NCBI GenBank assembly: GCA_964016885.1
Contig: OZ024741.1
Span: 207,824,001 to 207,888,000 of the forward strand
DNA length: 64,000 nucleotides
Direction of reading: 5' to 3'
Origin: Eledone cirrhosa
Lineage: Eukaryota
The stretch's first letter is position 1; each line of letters begins with the position of its first letter. Positions 15,590 to 29,097 of this stretch are shown piece after piece. The notes below the pieces were generated by a model. The model worked only from the letters and a program-made list of their open reading frames with translations, was not told the origin of the DNA and made no database searches. The translations under genes were made by a program, and so were the position numbers.

Positions 15590-18197
15590 TTCGCTTAAGG
15601 ACATCTCTATGCCTAGCATAAAAGTATTCACAAGTTTGGCGATAGGTAAATCGGACTCCTTTGTCCGTAGAATGCGTTAAAAGGCCTTCCACTTCGATAG
15701 AGGAACACCAACAAACCACACAGGGAGGGAACGTGTGGCATCGAGGGAAAATTCAAATCCAGAAGAAACCCACCATACAATAAGTACCTGGAGGAATTCG
15801 AAAATGAAATGACTAACATAGTATCCAACTTTAAGTTCAGGAAAAACCCACTCAGGAGAAAAGTCTACTTAAAACGACTGAACGGTGATCTAAGAAAACT
15901 AAAGAACTCGACCGGCATTCTGGTGCACGCGGATAAAACGAACAAACTATACGTTATGGATAGAGTAATCTATGACGACCTGAAAAAACTACAGGAAAAC
16001 TACACAGGCCAACCTGGATCTAATCAACACGGAGGCCAATAGCGTCATGACTAAACTGGGTATTGAAAATAAAACTGAGCCCTTCCATCCTAAAATTCTG
16101 AGGATTTTATTGAAAGACCACAAAATAAACTTTGAATCGTCAAGATCTGTCAGGCTAATAGGAATCGTGAGTAAAAACATCCTTGATAAAATAATCCCCA
16201 CTCTAGTTAGGAGATCGAAGCTTAAATTATGGTCAGGAACTAGTGAGGTAATTAACTGGTTTGAGAAATCGCAGAATAAGTTTATACAGTTTGATATCTC
16301 TAACTACTACTCTTCGATCTCTCCAACTCTTCTAGGTAAGGCTCTAAACTTTGCTAGCTTGCACACCAACCTTACATCTAAAGAAATTTACATTATTCTC
16401 CTAGTAGGAAAACCTTAATCGAGTTCAACGGAGACTTGTGGACTAGGAAAGACTGGCCGGACAATTTTGACATCACCATGGGATCCTAGGACTCAGCCCA
16501 GGTGACGGATCTGGTGGGCCTCTACATCTTCGACTGTCTTAGAGTGGAAATGCCCCACTTGGGAGGTGGCGCTTACCGTGACGACGTTTTGTTTACTCTG
16601 TCGTATCATAATAATAGTATGGTAGAGAAGGTGAGGAAAAAACTAAGCAAATTCTTCAACAACATAAACTTAAGTATAGTGTTTGAAGAAAACCTGAAGA
16701 TAGTTAATTTTCTAGATGTTACACTTAACCTCAATTCAGGACTCTTCCAACCCTACCACAAACCCAATGAGAAATTAAATTATGTCAACGCAAAATCAAA
16801 CCACCCTAGAATAATCACTAACGGCATTACAAAAGGCGTCTCTAGTAGAATTTCAGGACTATCTTCCAATGAAGATACATTCGATAGGATCTCAAATTAC
16901 TATAATAGCGCGGGGAATAGCGAGGGAATCTCATTCAAACGTCCCTTAGGTAGTAGTAGCAACATTGTCTGCGATAGCTTAGGCCAAAATAGTGACACTT
17001 TAGTTAACAGCAGGCGGGAGGCGAAGGAGGATCAATATAGACTTCATGTTGTATTGCCTCATAGTCCTAATGACGACGGTACCAATGAGAACAACCACCC
17101 AGGTACAAACACGGTGTCCGAGCACCATACAGCCAACAGAAACTTTAATTGTAACCTTAATTTTAGAGCTGATAAACCAACCGTTGAACGTAAAATAGAA
17201 CGGAGGTCGGGTAGAGGGAATAGGGACAAATGTACACCGCCCCGGAGACTTGGGACGATTCCGAACACCACCTGGACACCCCGGGGCATCATCGACCTAC
17301 AGGCAGTTATCAGTTCTAATAGACCAGTAGCAACCAAGGAGGCAGGTAACACTAGTATAGATAATAAGAACAAGAGTCATCGGACCAGAAAAATCCTGTG
17401 GTACAACATACTCCACCGGCCTGACCACCAGTATAGCTAAGCTTTTCTTTAGGGCCTTCGACAAATGCTTCCCTAGATCACACAAATACTATAAAATATA
17501 CAATAGGAATACCATCAAGCTGTCCTACTCCACAACCAGTAACATAGCTCAGAATATAGCTAAGATGAATTATAGTAGACTTAGGACAGCCCAGGGCGGG
17601 ATGAGGCATGGCAGAACTAATGGCAATTCTATGCATGAACAGACTCATACGCGTGAGGTGAGTCGGACTACCCCAACACCTGGGAACTTACCCATAGAGC
17701 AGACAAGAACTGAGACCAGACACCAGAGGCACCGTGGTTCCTCGGGAACTACCCCGGTCGGTAGCAGAAAATGTAATTGCAGGAACACAGCTTCTTGCCC
17801 CTTGGCTGGGAAATGCTTCACCAGAAACATAGTGTACGATTGTAAGGTCTCCACTTTAGATAGAACGTTCAGGTATGTTGGGGCGACTGCCACTGAATTT
17901 AAGGATAGATGGTATAATCACCGTCAGACCTTTAATATATTAGATAAAAAAATAGCACGGCGCTTTCTGAATTAGTCTGGAAGCTTAAACAACAGAATAT
18001 AGAGCACTCCTTATCCTGGTCCATAATTTGCTCAGCCCAGCCATATAACAGCAACACGGGCGTTTGTAATTTATGTATAGCTGAAACCTTTAATATAATT
18101 AGAGGCGGCCCCCTACTAATCAATAGGAGTGCGGACTCTTTCAGCACCAGCCAGCATAGAACATCGAAAACCTTCCTCAGGAATTTTAGTAAGTAAC
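15590..18197 (+). pseudogene. PLE RT + GIY-YIG, with several stops and frameshifts
   Basis: VHADKTNKLY, FIQFDISNYYSSI, AYRDDVL, FLDVTLNL, SNHP, RKILWYN, CNCRNTASCPLAGKCF, IVYDC..YVGATATEFKDRWYNH. Confidence 0.93.
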
Positions 18198-18640
18198 CTA
18201 CCACTAACTCCACCCTTTTTACCTTAGCCATAGATCTCTCTCAATTAGCAAAAAATAGACAATCACACACTCATGTAGTAGACAACTAAGATCGTTTGCG
18301 CACTTACAAACGGTACTCGGTATGTTTCCACAGAGTTCTCACAGCTGAGTGCACATTTACCATTACTTTAGAATACTGGTTAGTAAATAGTTAGAACAAT
18401 TACACACCCAGTTAAGACCGATTACGCGCACTCACCATTACTTTAAAATACCCTAACGATAGAGTTCTCTCAGTTAGTAAATCGTTAGACGTATTACACA
18501 CTCAGTTAAGAACGATTACGCTCTTTATACTTAATTCTACACACAGTACCCGGTTTTTTTAGACACGGAGTTCCACAGTTATGACTGGTCACGATCCTAT
18601 CAATTGAATACTACACTAGGTTTTTGTTCTGTCATCCTCT

Positions 18641-18712
18641 AATGCTCACAGTTGCTGAATGCTCACAGTTGCTGAATGCTCACAGTTGCTGAATGCTCAC
18701 AGTTGTTGAATG
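18641..18712. repeat. 17-bp minisatellite (aatgctcacagttgctg) x4 in the Penelope 2 3' UTR
   Basis: Read directly from the sequence. Confidence 0.9.
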
Positions 18713-19821
18713 GACAATACTACATACACGCCATCACTTACACACATCCCCGGGGTTTTGTTATTTTATTTTATTTTATTTTATTTTTATTTTTGTGTTG
18801 GGTAACACACCTCCACCACTCAAACACTTATCTTAAAAGCCCGAGGGCCCATATGATGGGAAAACGCACACACTGACACCTTAACTCAAATACCCAACCT
18901 ACAAGGAGCCCCTTGGTGGCCTACATGGCGGGTGCTTGCACGCACTGACTCGGGGACTCAGATTCTCAACGGGACAACGGCACATAGAGAGTTCGATACG
19001 AGCTGACTACTTGCTCTACATATGGATGTGTATATACCAAAACATACACTATTTAGACGATACGGATGTTACAATTCAATCGATACACGTATAGCAGGAC
19101 GCCGAACGGAATTTACTTGCGTGTGTATAGGGTTGTGGTTGACCCAATTTTTCTAATTTACATCGTTAAATTTGAGATTTGACCAATATTACATTTGTTG
19201 TTTTGTAACCTAACTTTCGGTGCATACTATGTTGGTATATATTTTTTTTTCTGACCTCGCGTCGGTGTGTGTGACTGTGTGTGTACTCACTCACACTATT
19301 TGTGACAGACTGAAATTCTACAGATTTGATGTTGAGATTAGACCTGTCCAGCGTCTTTTACAGATATTGAGAGATAGAGACTTGATTGATTTATGACCCT
19401 GACTGAAGACGATAGCAATTGGCGTGTTTTTGCTGCTGAATCTTCATATGGGGAACAGAACTCTATTGAGTGAACATCGTTAGTTTTTCCTCCCTCGTAT
19501 CATTATTCACCTGATGAGTTCAGCGGTAATCGATCATGACCACACGATCGATCTATCGCTTATTGAAAGATGTTTCGTGATTAAAATAATTGTAAAATTT
19601 ATACCATGCCTTCGGATCTTTATTTTGATACAAATACTCCGCTTTACATCATCTAACTGTTCCCATAAATGGAACTGGAGATATACAGCAGCGTGGAGAA
19701 ATTAATATTGCTTACAAACGTTTATTGGACCGTATGACACAACCAATAATACACCTAACTATATAACAACTATATATATATATATATATATAATACTTTA
19801 TATATACTTATATATATATAT

Positions 19822-20007
19822 ATAATTGTTTCTACTTTAGGCACAAGGCCAGCAATTACCCAGTGCATTAGTGGTACTTTATTTTATCGACCCCGTAAGG
19901 ATGAAAGGCAAAATCAACCTCGGCGGGGTTTGAATTCAGATCGTAAAGGGACGTAACTATGCTGGAAAGCATGGCGTCCGACCTTCTACCGATACTGCCA
20001 ATCCGCG

Positions 20008-20008
<1 letters not shown>
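19822..20008 (-). mobile_element. tRNA-derived SINE
   Basis: Reverse complement of the 1015-1203 family. Confidence 0.85.
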
Positions 20009-20084
<76 letters not shown>

Positions 20085-20236
20085 CGATCAAAAGATGGCT
20101 AAAAGAATTCAAAGTATTTTATTATGCGCATTTCAAAAACAAATATCATCATGGGATGATATTTGCGTTCTCATCAGATAAAATAGGGAAACATGATATG
20201 AAGTTTAAAAAACATTTGTGAGCAGTGAAGTTTTAA
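20085..20236 (-). mobile_element. HHR element, family C fragment
   Basis: Homologous to 26968-27120. Reverse complement reads ttttat-CTGATGA...GAAA-tgcgca-TA-ataaaa. Confidence 0.8.
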
Positions 20237-20279
20237 ATATATATATATATATACTTTATATATACTTATATATATATAT

Positions 20280-20650
20280 AGGTAAGTTATTCCGGATTGA
20301 ATCGGAGGTAACCACAGTAAGTAAGGTACTAAATACATAGCGAGAGTAAAACATTTTTAATATAGATGAGATTCAACAGGACTAGAACTGTTTCATTCTT
20401 TAGAAATCATCAGGAATCTGGCTATCCCAAATAAATGTTGTGGTATTTATATCTTTTCATGTGGTAGGAGAGGGTCGGGAGTGGGATGGGTGGAGGTCAT
20501 TGGTTGAAAGAAAAGGGAATTCATTAAAAGCTAATTCTTTAAGGCTATAATTTATATTTAGAGTGACAAAGGCCAAGAGAATTCTATAAACCAATTCAAA
20601 ATATTGGGTGCCTATCATATCATTATTGTCATGTTTCCCTTAAGCTATAT
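20280..20650 (-). mobile_element. HHR element, family D
   Basis: Homologous to 38455-38640. Reverse complement reads agattc-CTGATGA-tttctaaagaat-GAAA-cag..ctg-TT-gaatct. Confidence 0.75.
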
Positions 20651-20699
20651 TCCAGGTGTCAACAGACACATTCACATATACACACACGCACACTTATAT

Positions 20700-20830
<131 letters not shown>

Positions 20831-20897
20831 TACATATAAATATACACATACAAACATAAACAAACACATCTACAGAAATGCACATATACAAAGTACA

Positions 20898-21848
20898 AAT
20901 ATATATAAATACATAATCGGAGAAAGCTAAAAGCGATACTCCGGCCATATTCCAACTCTCTCAACAAACATTAGGAAATACCTGAGTATATTCCCAATTA
21001 AACGTTTGGGGTGCTAACTATATTGTATTGTGTGGATAATTGGCTGTATTATTTAATATGAGGTATATCAAATATATCATTTCCCAGACGACTCGTTTTA
21101 TTATAAGATTTCTACAAGTTGGGTGACATTATACCAAGTTATGTAGAAGCTTGTATAAGATCAACAAATACCTTTTCAAGTGAGCTCTTATAAATCTTCA
21201 GTGGGTACCCAATAATGTTAATATTGATAACCAAATCAACATCAATATTTAGCGATAATCACCATCAGTGCTTTAGGGGACTGCTAGATTGTTAGTCCAG
21301 CAGTTCTAAAGAAAATCTTACACTGTCCAGAAAATGGAAGGAAGGAGGCTACCGCCAAAAACAATACGTGCGTAGGTCGTTGAACTCTGACAAGAATTCA
21401 AGCCACGTGCTAAGAACTCAATTGGATGTGAAAAAATAACCATATGTGCGCATCGCTTTATGACACAGATATTTTCTCGGGCAAAATAACAAAATAAAAT
21501 ACAAGAACAAACAATCAATATTCATATAAAAAATAAAAGAGCGTCATACCTTATATCGGGAAAGTTCATATCTGTTGCTCCAAGAGTAAATATATAAATA
21601 CATAATCAGAGAAAGCTAAAAGCGATATTCAGGCCAAATTCCAACTCACTCAACAAACATTAGGAAATACCTGAGTATATTCCCAATAAACGTTTGGGGT
21701 GCTAACTATATTTTATTGTGTGCATAATTGGCTGTATTATTTCTTATGAGATATATCAAATATATCATTTCCCAGACGACTCTTTTCATTATAAGATTTC
21801 TACAAGTTAGGTGAAATTATACCAAGTTATGTAGAAGCTTGTATAAGA
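20898..21848. repeat. Partial tandem repeat, ~689-bp period (~1.4 units)
   Basis: 20911 'acataatcggagaaagctaaaagcgata' recurs at 21600. Ends in (TA)n. Confidence 0.85.
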
Positions 21849-21899
21849 TATATATATATATGAAGGAGGTTATAGTTCACTTGAAGCATTGTGTAATGA

Positions 21900-22161
21900 G
21901 GTATAAACGTTTGTATATGTATAATAAAACCAAAACAATGCAGGTATGGACATAGAATAAAGAATGTAAATGCAAAAGATATACCATTTCCTTTCAACAT
22001 AACTTGGCAAGCTATTTAGAACACTGGTTTAACCGCTTTACTTCCCTCTGAAGAAGAGATATTATCTCGAAAATTAAATCTAAGGTAAAAGACTAATTGT
22101 CAACATTCTTTATTCTATGTCCATACCTGCATTGTTTTGGATTTATTGTACATATACAAAC

Positions 22162-22168
<7 letters not shown>
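21900..22168 (+). mobile_element. Small fold-back element with decayed HHR
   Basis: 21902-21966 is inverted at 22101-22168. CTGAAGA-agagat att atctc-GAAA at ~22048-22072. Confidence 0.65.
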
Positions 22169-22196
<28 letters not shown>

Positions 22197-22199
<3 letters not shown>

Positions 22200-23060
22200 G
22201 TGTGTCACACTAAGAGTTTTCTCCTTCAAAGTATAATCCCCCTGGAGTATGTATTTTCTCCTTCAAAGTATAATCCCCCTGGAGTATGTAACTGTAATCT
22301 TAGCTCTCTGCAGCGAACAAACTTTTTTCTTCATAATTTTATATACATGTCCTCTTTTTCAGGTCGTCAAGCAATGAGCACAGAGCAACGAACAAACTTG
22401 AAGTTTCTGGTAGGGTTGGGGAAAACTCCGTCAGAAGCACTGGGATGCTGCAGCAAGTGTATGGACGATGTCACGCTCACGTGTTTTTGAGTGGTGCAAG
22501 ATGACCGCAGGAGCGGAAGGCTCTCAACAACCAGGACTGAGGTCAACGTTGAGCGCGTCAGGCAGATGGTGCGTAGCGATCGTCGGCCGACTGTTCGACT
22601 GATGGCAAATGAGCTGGGCATGAATCGGGACAGCGCCTGGAAGATTCTCACTGAAGATTTGGACATGCGGAAAGTCTGCGCGAATATGGTGCCAAAACTG
22701 CTGAACGATGACCAGAAGGGTCGACGCATGCAAGTGTGCCAGGACATCCTCGAGCGTCTTGAAACCGAATCAGACTTGCTAGGGACAGTCATCACCGGTG
22801 ATGAGTCATGGATCTTCGAGTACGACACGGAGGGGACCCGTTTTGAAGACGTGGACGACATCAAAAAGGCCGTGACGACGGAACTACGGAGGATCCCGGA
22901 AGAATCCTTCCAGGAGTGCATGCAAGTGTGGCAGAAAAGGATGGAAAAGTGCATTAGCCTCCAGAGTATATTACTTTGAAGGAGAAAATTCTAAGTGTGA
23001 AGTTTGGGTTTGAAATAAATCTTTTGTGACATCAGTCCTGGAACTTTTCTAACACACCTC

Positions 23061-23062
<2 letters not shown>
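22197..23062 (+). mobile_element. Tc1/mariner transposon, internally deleted pseudogene
   Basis: MSTEQRTNLKFLVGLGKTPSEA, DDRRSGR, CANMVPKLL (WVP-like), VITGDESWIFEYD joined directly to C-terminal GTRFEDVDDIKKAV. Right TIR ...ggaacttttctaacacacctcg-TA. Confidence 0.92.
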
Positions 23063-23093
<31 letters not shown>

Positions 23094-23205
23094 TAGAATA
23101 TTCGAAAATATTCTGTATGTTTATAATAAACATTTTGAAGACCTAATCGCTATAGAATAGAATACGTCACGTATTACAATTAGATTCTCGATAAAAGCAA
23201 GGGAA

Positions 23206-23248
23206 GTAATCTACGCGTTTCATTCTCGTTAGAAATCATCAGGACTAC
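23206..23248 (-). ncRNA. Type I hammerhead ribozyme (first of 7 on -, every 310 bp to 25066-25108)
   Basis: Reverse complement reads gtagtc-CTGATGA-tttct aacg agaat-GAAA-cgcg-TA-gattac. Confidence 0.93.
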
Positions 23249-25345
23249 ATATCCAGTGCTTTTATCGAGAATGACACAGCTAGAGACTTATAGAATACTT
23301 AGCTGTGTACAGGAACTGGTTTGAAAGAGCGGTTGCCGGTCCGGCAGAAATTAGAAATTGGAATAAATGCTCTGAAATAGCGATATATATGTGAATATAG
23401 ACATAGAATATTCGAAAATATTCTGTATGTTTATAATAAACATTTTGAAGACCTAATCGCTATAGAATAGAATACGTCACGTATTACAATTAGATTCTCG
23501 ATAAAAGCAAGGGAAGTAATCTACGCGTTTCATTCTCGTTAGAAATCATCAGGACTACATATCCAGTGCTTTTATCGAGAATGACACAGCTAGAGACTTA
23601 TAGAATACTTAGCTGTGTACAGGAACTGGTTTGAAAGAGCGGTTGCCGGTCCGGCAGAAATTAGAAATTGGAATAAATGCTCTGAAATAGCGATATATAT
23701 GTGAATATAGACATAGAATATTCGAAAATATTCTGTATGTTTATAATAAACATTTTGAAGACCTAATCGCTATAGAATAGAATACGTCACGTATTACAAT
23801 TAGATTCTCGATAAAAGCAAGGGAAGTAATCTACGCGTTTCATTCTCGTTAGAAATCATCAGGACTACATATCCAGTGCTTTTATCGAGAATGACACAGC
23901 TAGAGACTTATAGAATACTTAGCTGTGTACAGGAACTGGTTTGAAAGAGCGGTTGCCGGTCCGGCAGAAATTAGAAATTGGAATAAATGCTCTGAAATAG
24001 CGATATATATGTGAATATAGACATAGAATATTCGAAAATATTCTGTATGTTTATAATAAACATTTTGAAGACCTAATCGCTATAGAATAGAATACGTCAC
24101 GTATTACAATTAGATTCTCGATAAAAGCAAGGGAAGTAATCTACGCGTTTCATTCTCGTTAGAAATCATCAGGACTACATATCCAGTGCTTTTATCGAGA
24201 ATGACACAGCTAGAGACTTATAGAATACTTAGCTGTGTACAGGAACTGGTTTGAAAGAGCGGTTGCCGGTCCGGCAGAAATTAGAAATTGGAATAAATGC
24301 TCTGAAATAGCGATATATATGTGAATATAGACATAGAATATTCGAAAATATTCTGTATGTTTATAATAAACATTTTGAAGACCTAATCGCTATAGAATAG
24401 AATACGTCACGTATTACAATTAGATTCTCGATAAAAGCAAGGGAAGTAATCTACGCGTTTCATTCTCGTTAGAAATCATCAGGACTACATATCCAGTGCT
24501 TTTATCGAGAATGACACAGCTAGAGACTTATAGAATACTTAGCTGTGTACAGGAACTGGTTTGAAAGAGCGGTTGCCGGTCCGGCAGAAATTAGAAATTG
24601 GAATAAATGCTCTGAAATAGCGATATATATGTGAATATAGACATAGAATATTCGAAAATATTCTGTATGTTTATAATAAACATTTTGAAGACCTAATCGC
24701 TATAGAATAGAATACGTCACGTATTACAATTAGATTCTCGATAAAAGCAAGGGAAGTAATCTACGCGTTTCATTCTCGTTAGAAATCATCAGGACTACAT
24801 ATCCAGTGCTTTTATCGAGAATGACACAGCTAGAGACTTATAGAATACTTAGCTGTGTACAGGAACTGGTTTGAAAGAGCGGTTGCCGGTCCGGCAGAAA
24901 TTAGAAATTGGAATAAATGCTCTGAAATAGCGATATATATGTGAATATAGACATAGAATATTCGAAAATATTCTGTATGTTTATAATAAACATTTTGAAG
25001 ACCTAATCGCTATAGAATAGAATACGTCACGTATTACAATTAGATTCTCGATAAAAGCAAGGGAAGTAATCTACGCGTTTCATTCTCGTTAGAAATCATC
25101 AGGACTACATATCCAGTGCTTTTATCGAGAATGACACAGCTAGAGACTTATAGAATACTTAGCTGTGTACAGGAACTGTCGAATATTCTATGTCTATATT
25201 CACATATATATCGCTATTTCAGAGCATTTATTCCAATTTCTAATTTCTGCCGGACCGGCAACCGCTCTTTCAAACCAGTTCCTGTACACAGCTAAGTATT
25301 CTATAAGTCTCTAGCTGTGTCATTCTCGATAAAAGCACTGGATAT

Positions 25346-25388
25346 GTAGTCCTGATGATTTCTAACGAGAATGAAACGCGTAGATTAC
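25346..25388 (+). ncRNA. Type I hammerhead ribozyme (first of 5 on +, every 310 bp to 26586-26628)
   Basis: gtagtc-CTGATGA-tttct aacg agaat-GAAA-cgcg-TA-gattac. Stem I is extended by a 16-bp helix attctcgataaaagca/tgcttttatcgagaat. Confidence 0.95.
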
Positions 25389-26867
25389 TTCCCTTGCTTT
25401 TATCGAGAATCTAATTGTAATACGTGACGTATTCTATTCTATAGCGATTAGGTCTTCAAAATGTTTATTATAAACATACAGAATATTTTCGAATATTCTA
25501 TGTCTATATTCACATATATATCGCTATTTCAGAGCATTTATTCCAATTTCTAATTTCTGCCGGACCGGCAACCGCTCTTTCAAACCAGTTCCTGTACACA
25601 GCTAAGTATTCTATAAGTCTCTAGCTGTGTCATTCTCGATAAAAGCACTGGATATGTAGTCCTGATGATTTCTAACGAGAATGAAACGCGTAGATTACTT
25701 CCCTTGCTTTTATCGAGAATCTAATTGTAATACGTGACGTATTCTATTCTATAGCGATTAGGTCTTCAAAATGTTTATTATAAACATACAGAATATTTTC
25801 GAATATTCTATGTCTATATTCACATATATATCGCTATTTCAGAGCATTTATTCCAATTTCTAATTTCTGCCGGACCGGCAACCGCTCTTTCAAACCAGTT
25901 CCTGTACACAGCTAAGTATTCTATAAGTCTCTAGCTGTGTCATTCTCGATAAAAGCACTGGATATGTAGTCCTGATGATTTCTAACGAGAATGAAACGCG
26001 TAGATTACTTCCCTTGCTTTTATCGAGAATCTAATTGTAATACGTGACGTATTCTATTCTATAGCGATTAGGTCTTCAAAATGTTTATTATAAACATACA
26101 GAATATTTTCGAATATTCTATGTCTATATTCACATATATATCGCTATTTCAGAGCATTTATTCCAATTTCTAATTTCTGCCGGACCGGCAACCGCTCTTT
26201 CAAACCAGTTCCTGTACACAGCTAAGTATTCTATAAGTCTCTAGCTGTGTCATTCTCGATAAAAGCACTGGATATGTAGTCCTGATGATTTCTAACGAGA
26301 ATGAAACGCGTAGATTACTTCCCTTGCTTTTATCGAGAATCTAATTGTAATACGTGACGTATTCTATTCTATAGCGATTAGGTCTTCAAAATGTTTATTA
26401 TAAACATACAGAATATTTTCGAATATTCTATGTCTATATTCACATATATATCGCTATTTCAGAGCATTTATTCCAATTTCTAATTTCTGCCGGACCGGCA
26501 ACCGCTCTTTCAAACCAGTTCCTGTACACAGCTAAGTATTCTATAAGTCTCTAGCTGTGTCATTCTCGATAAAAGCACTGGATATGTAGTCCTGATGATT
26601 TCTAACGAGAATGAAACGCGTAGATTACTTCCCTTGCTTTTATCGAGAATCTAATTGTAATACGTGACGTATTCTATTCTATAGCGATTAGGTCTTCAAA
26701 ATGTTTATTATAAACATACAGAATATTTTCGAATATTCTATGTCTATATTCACATATATATCGCTATTTCAGAGCATTTATTCCAATTTATATATATATA
26801 TATATATACACATAAATATATGTGCTTGTGTGTGTATGTATATATATATGTATATATGTATATATAA

Positions 26868-27245
<378 letters not shown>

Positions 27246-27358
27246 ATTATGTATACTCCAGTCCTACAAACTGTAGAGTGCTTCTTATCCGATATCTGCA
27301 TTGCTTTATTGTACTACAATAAAACTCACCTCCTACATATATATATATATATATATAT

Positions 27359-28001
27359 ATGAAAGACGTAAATAAGAAAGTTATGAAAATTGACTTACTT
27401 ACTAAAATTTCACTCCAACTAATTAGTTTCTGTAAGGGGATAAATATAGTTACGTAATAACTATACAGAAGCCTTACGTCATCAGGCAGTCTATTCTCAG
27501 CTAAGTTTCCAGGCAATGCGGGGACACTGGGAACTTATATAAAAATAATTCAGTGGATGGAAAAAAGCGAGCGGGGCTAGATTCCAAGCCATTGAAAAAT
27601 TCACTGCCTTCTTGGTCAAGTGGCAAATTCAAAAGAATCAATCACGTCACACTGAGGTTAACCAGCTTGGAGTGGGGGTGCTATTAAGACAGAGCCTAGC
27701 TACTACTATCAGTCACAGTAGTAATTTGGCAAATTTTGCTCAACAAATAATTTGGAGTTAATTATAAAGAATTAATATATCTACCGACATATGTATACAG
27801 ATGCATACCTATGCTAGCAGATATATATGTTTTGTCTTAGTAACTTTGTGGTTCAATGCAGGGGAATGCAGAACAATTATATGAAAGACGTAAATAAGAA
27901 AGTTATGAAAATTGACTTACTTACTAAAATTTCACTCCAACTAATTAGTTTCTGTAAGGGGATAAATATAGTTACGTAATAACTATACAGAAGCCTTACG
28001 T

Positions 28002-28006
<5 letters not shown>
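27359..28006 (-). mobile_element. HHR element, 522-bp period (~1.25 units), HHR at ~27414-27490
   Basis: 27361 recurs at 27883. Reverse complement reads actgc-CTGATGA-cgtaagg...ccttaca-GAAA-ctaattag-TT-ggagt. (TA)n flanks. Confidence 0.8.
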
Positions 28007-28043
<37 letters not shown>

Positions 28044-28202
28044 GTCAATACTCATCTTTTTCCATTTATCTGAGGGTTCTAAACCCCATTATCAGGCTAA
28101 ACGAATTTCTTTAGTCAAAAATACTGTGAAAGCTATTCTATTTTCTAATTTCAAACCTGCTCACTGTTTCAAAACATACTTACTTGTCATATATATATAT
28201 AT

Positions 28203-29043
28203 ACTAGCTGACGTACCCAGCTTCGCCCGAGTAAACAGATGATAAGAGAAGACAGGTAAAAAAGTAAATGACTGTATTGAATGTTTGTCTGGTTACAGTA
28301 TGAGGCGAGTCGGTGGTGTCTGTGTGATACAAAAAACAGTAAAAAAATCTTCCAGATATACCAGATTTTTCGTTGTACCGTTTGTGCATAGTTTATGAAC
28401 AATTCTAGGTGCTCCCACCTAGCATAGTGATCTCTAGGAGATGGTTCATCTTCTGCCTGACTGTAAATCATGTATCATTACATAGACGTGGTTGTTCCAC
28501 GTTTCTCAAAAGGATGATGGAAGTTCAAATATTTTATATTATATGTCGATATAGATATAGATAATCAATATAAAAGATGATGCTCAGCCAGTTCGTCTTC
28601 AACCATCGCAGCACGCCGTCACTGGTTGGCTCCAGTGTTTCGTTGGCGTTGTTCAGCCAGCTCCTCTTCATTCATGGCGGCACATCTTCGCCTCTGAAGT
28701 TCGGCGTTCCGATGGCGCTGTTCTGCCCGTTTTTCTTCATTCCTGGCTGCAGGCCGTCGCCGCTGTAGTTCACTGTTTGATAAAGTCGAATTGCTTTTAC
28801 TTTCTGTGGAACGCTGCGCGCACGCACACACACATAAACATACGCGCACGTACAAACACACACATGGTAATAGTTACTGCGTTCATTTTGCCTCTCTGTT
28901 TCCTACTCTCCCCTATCACGCCCTCATTGGCATTATGCACATTAATTTAAGTTTGGCGTCGTTGAGGTGGGCGGAGTCGTTTGAAACCTATGAACCAATG
29001 ATAATCGAGAATTATGACACACGGAATACTGACATTGTTGAAA

Positions 29044-29050
<7 letters not shown>
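28203..29050 (-). mobile_element. Probable non-autonomous Helitron-type element
   Basis: 'actagctgacgtacccagcttcgcccgagta' reads on - as a GC-rich subterminal segment followed by CTAG-t, the Helitron 3'-end pattern. Confidence 0.5.

Positions 29051-29092
<42 letters not shown>

Positions 29093-29097
<5 letters not shown>

Larger units (their letters stand above)
14790..19771 (+). mobile_element. Penelope-like retroelement 2 (Naiad-like): inverted pLTR + partial pLTR + ORF + pLTR
   Basis: 14790-15230 is an inverted copy of the 3' pLTR region (~19190-19630). 15231-15520 is a direct copy of ~19500-19771. (TA)n on both sides. Confidence 0.92.
23087..26788. repeat. Inverted tandem array of a 310-bp hammerhead monomer (retrozyme-like): ~6.75 units on - (23087-25178), ~5.2 units on + (25179-26788)
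   Basis: Exact 310-bp period (23091, 23401, ... 24951; 25179, 25489, ... 26729). One HHR per unit. (TA)n at both outer ends. Confidence 0.97.

Noticed and set aside
19400-19460. Second HHR in the Penelope 2 pLTR (CTGAAGA...GAAT)
   Set aside because: No GAAA box or stem I partner.
25100-25300. Fold-back sequencing chimera as the cause of the palindromes
   Set aside because: Outer flanks are different unique sequences, arms are unequal, the 310-mer junction has a 97-nt asymmetric spacer, and old diverged elements show the same layout. Copy number still needs read support.
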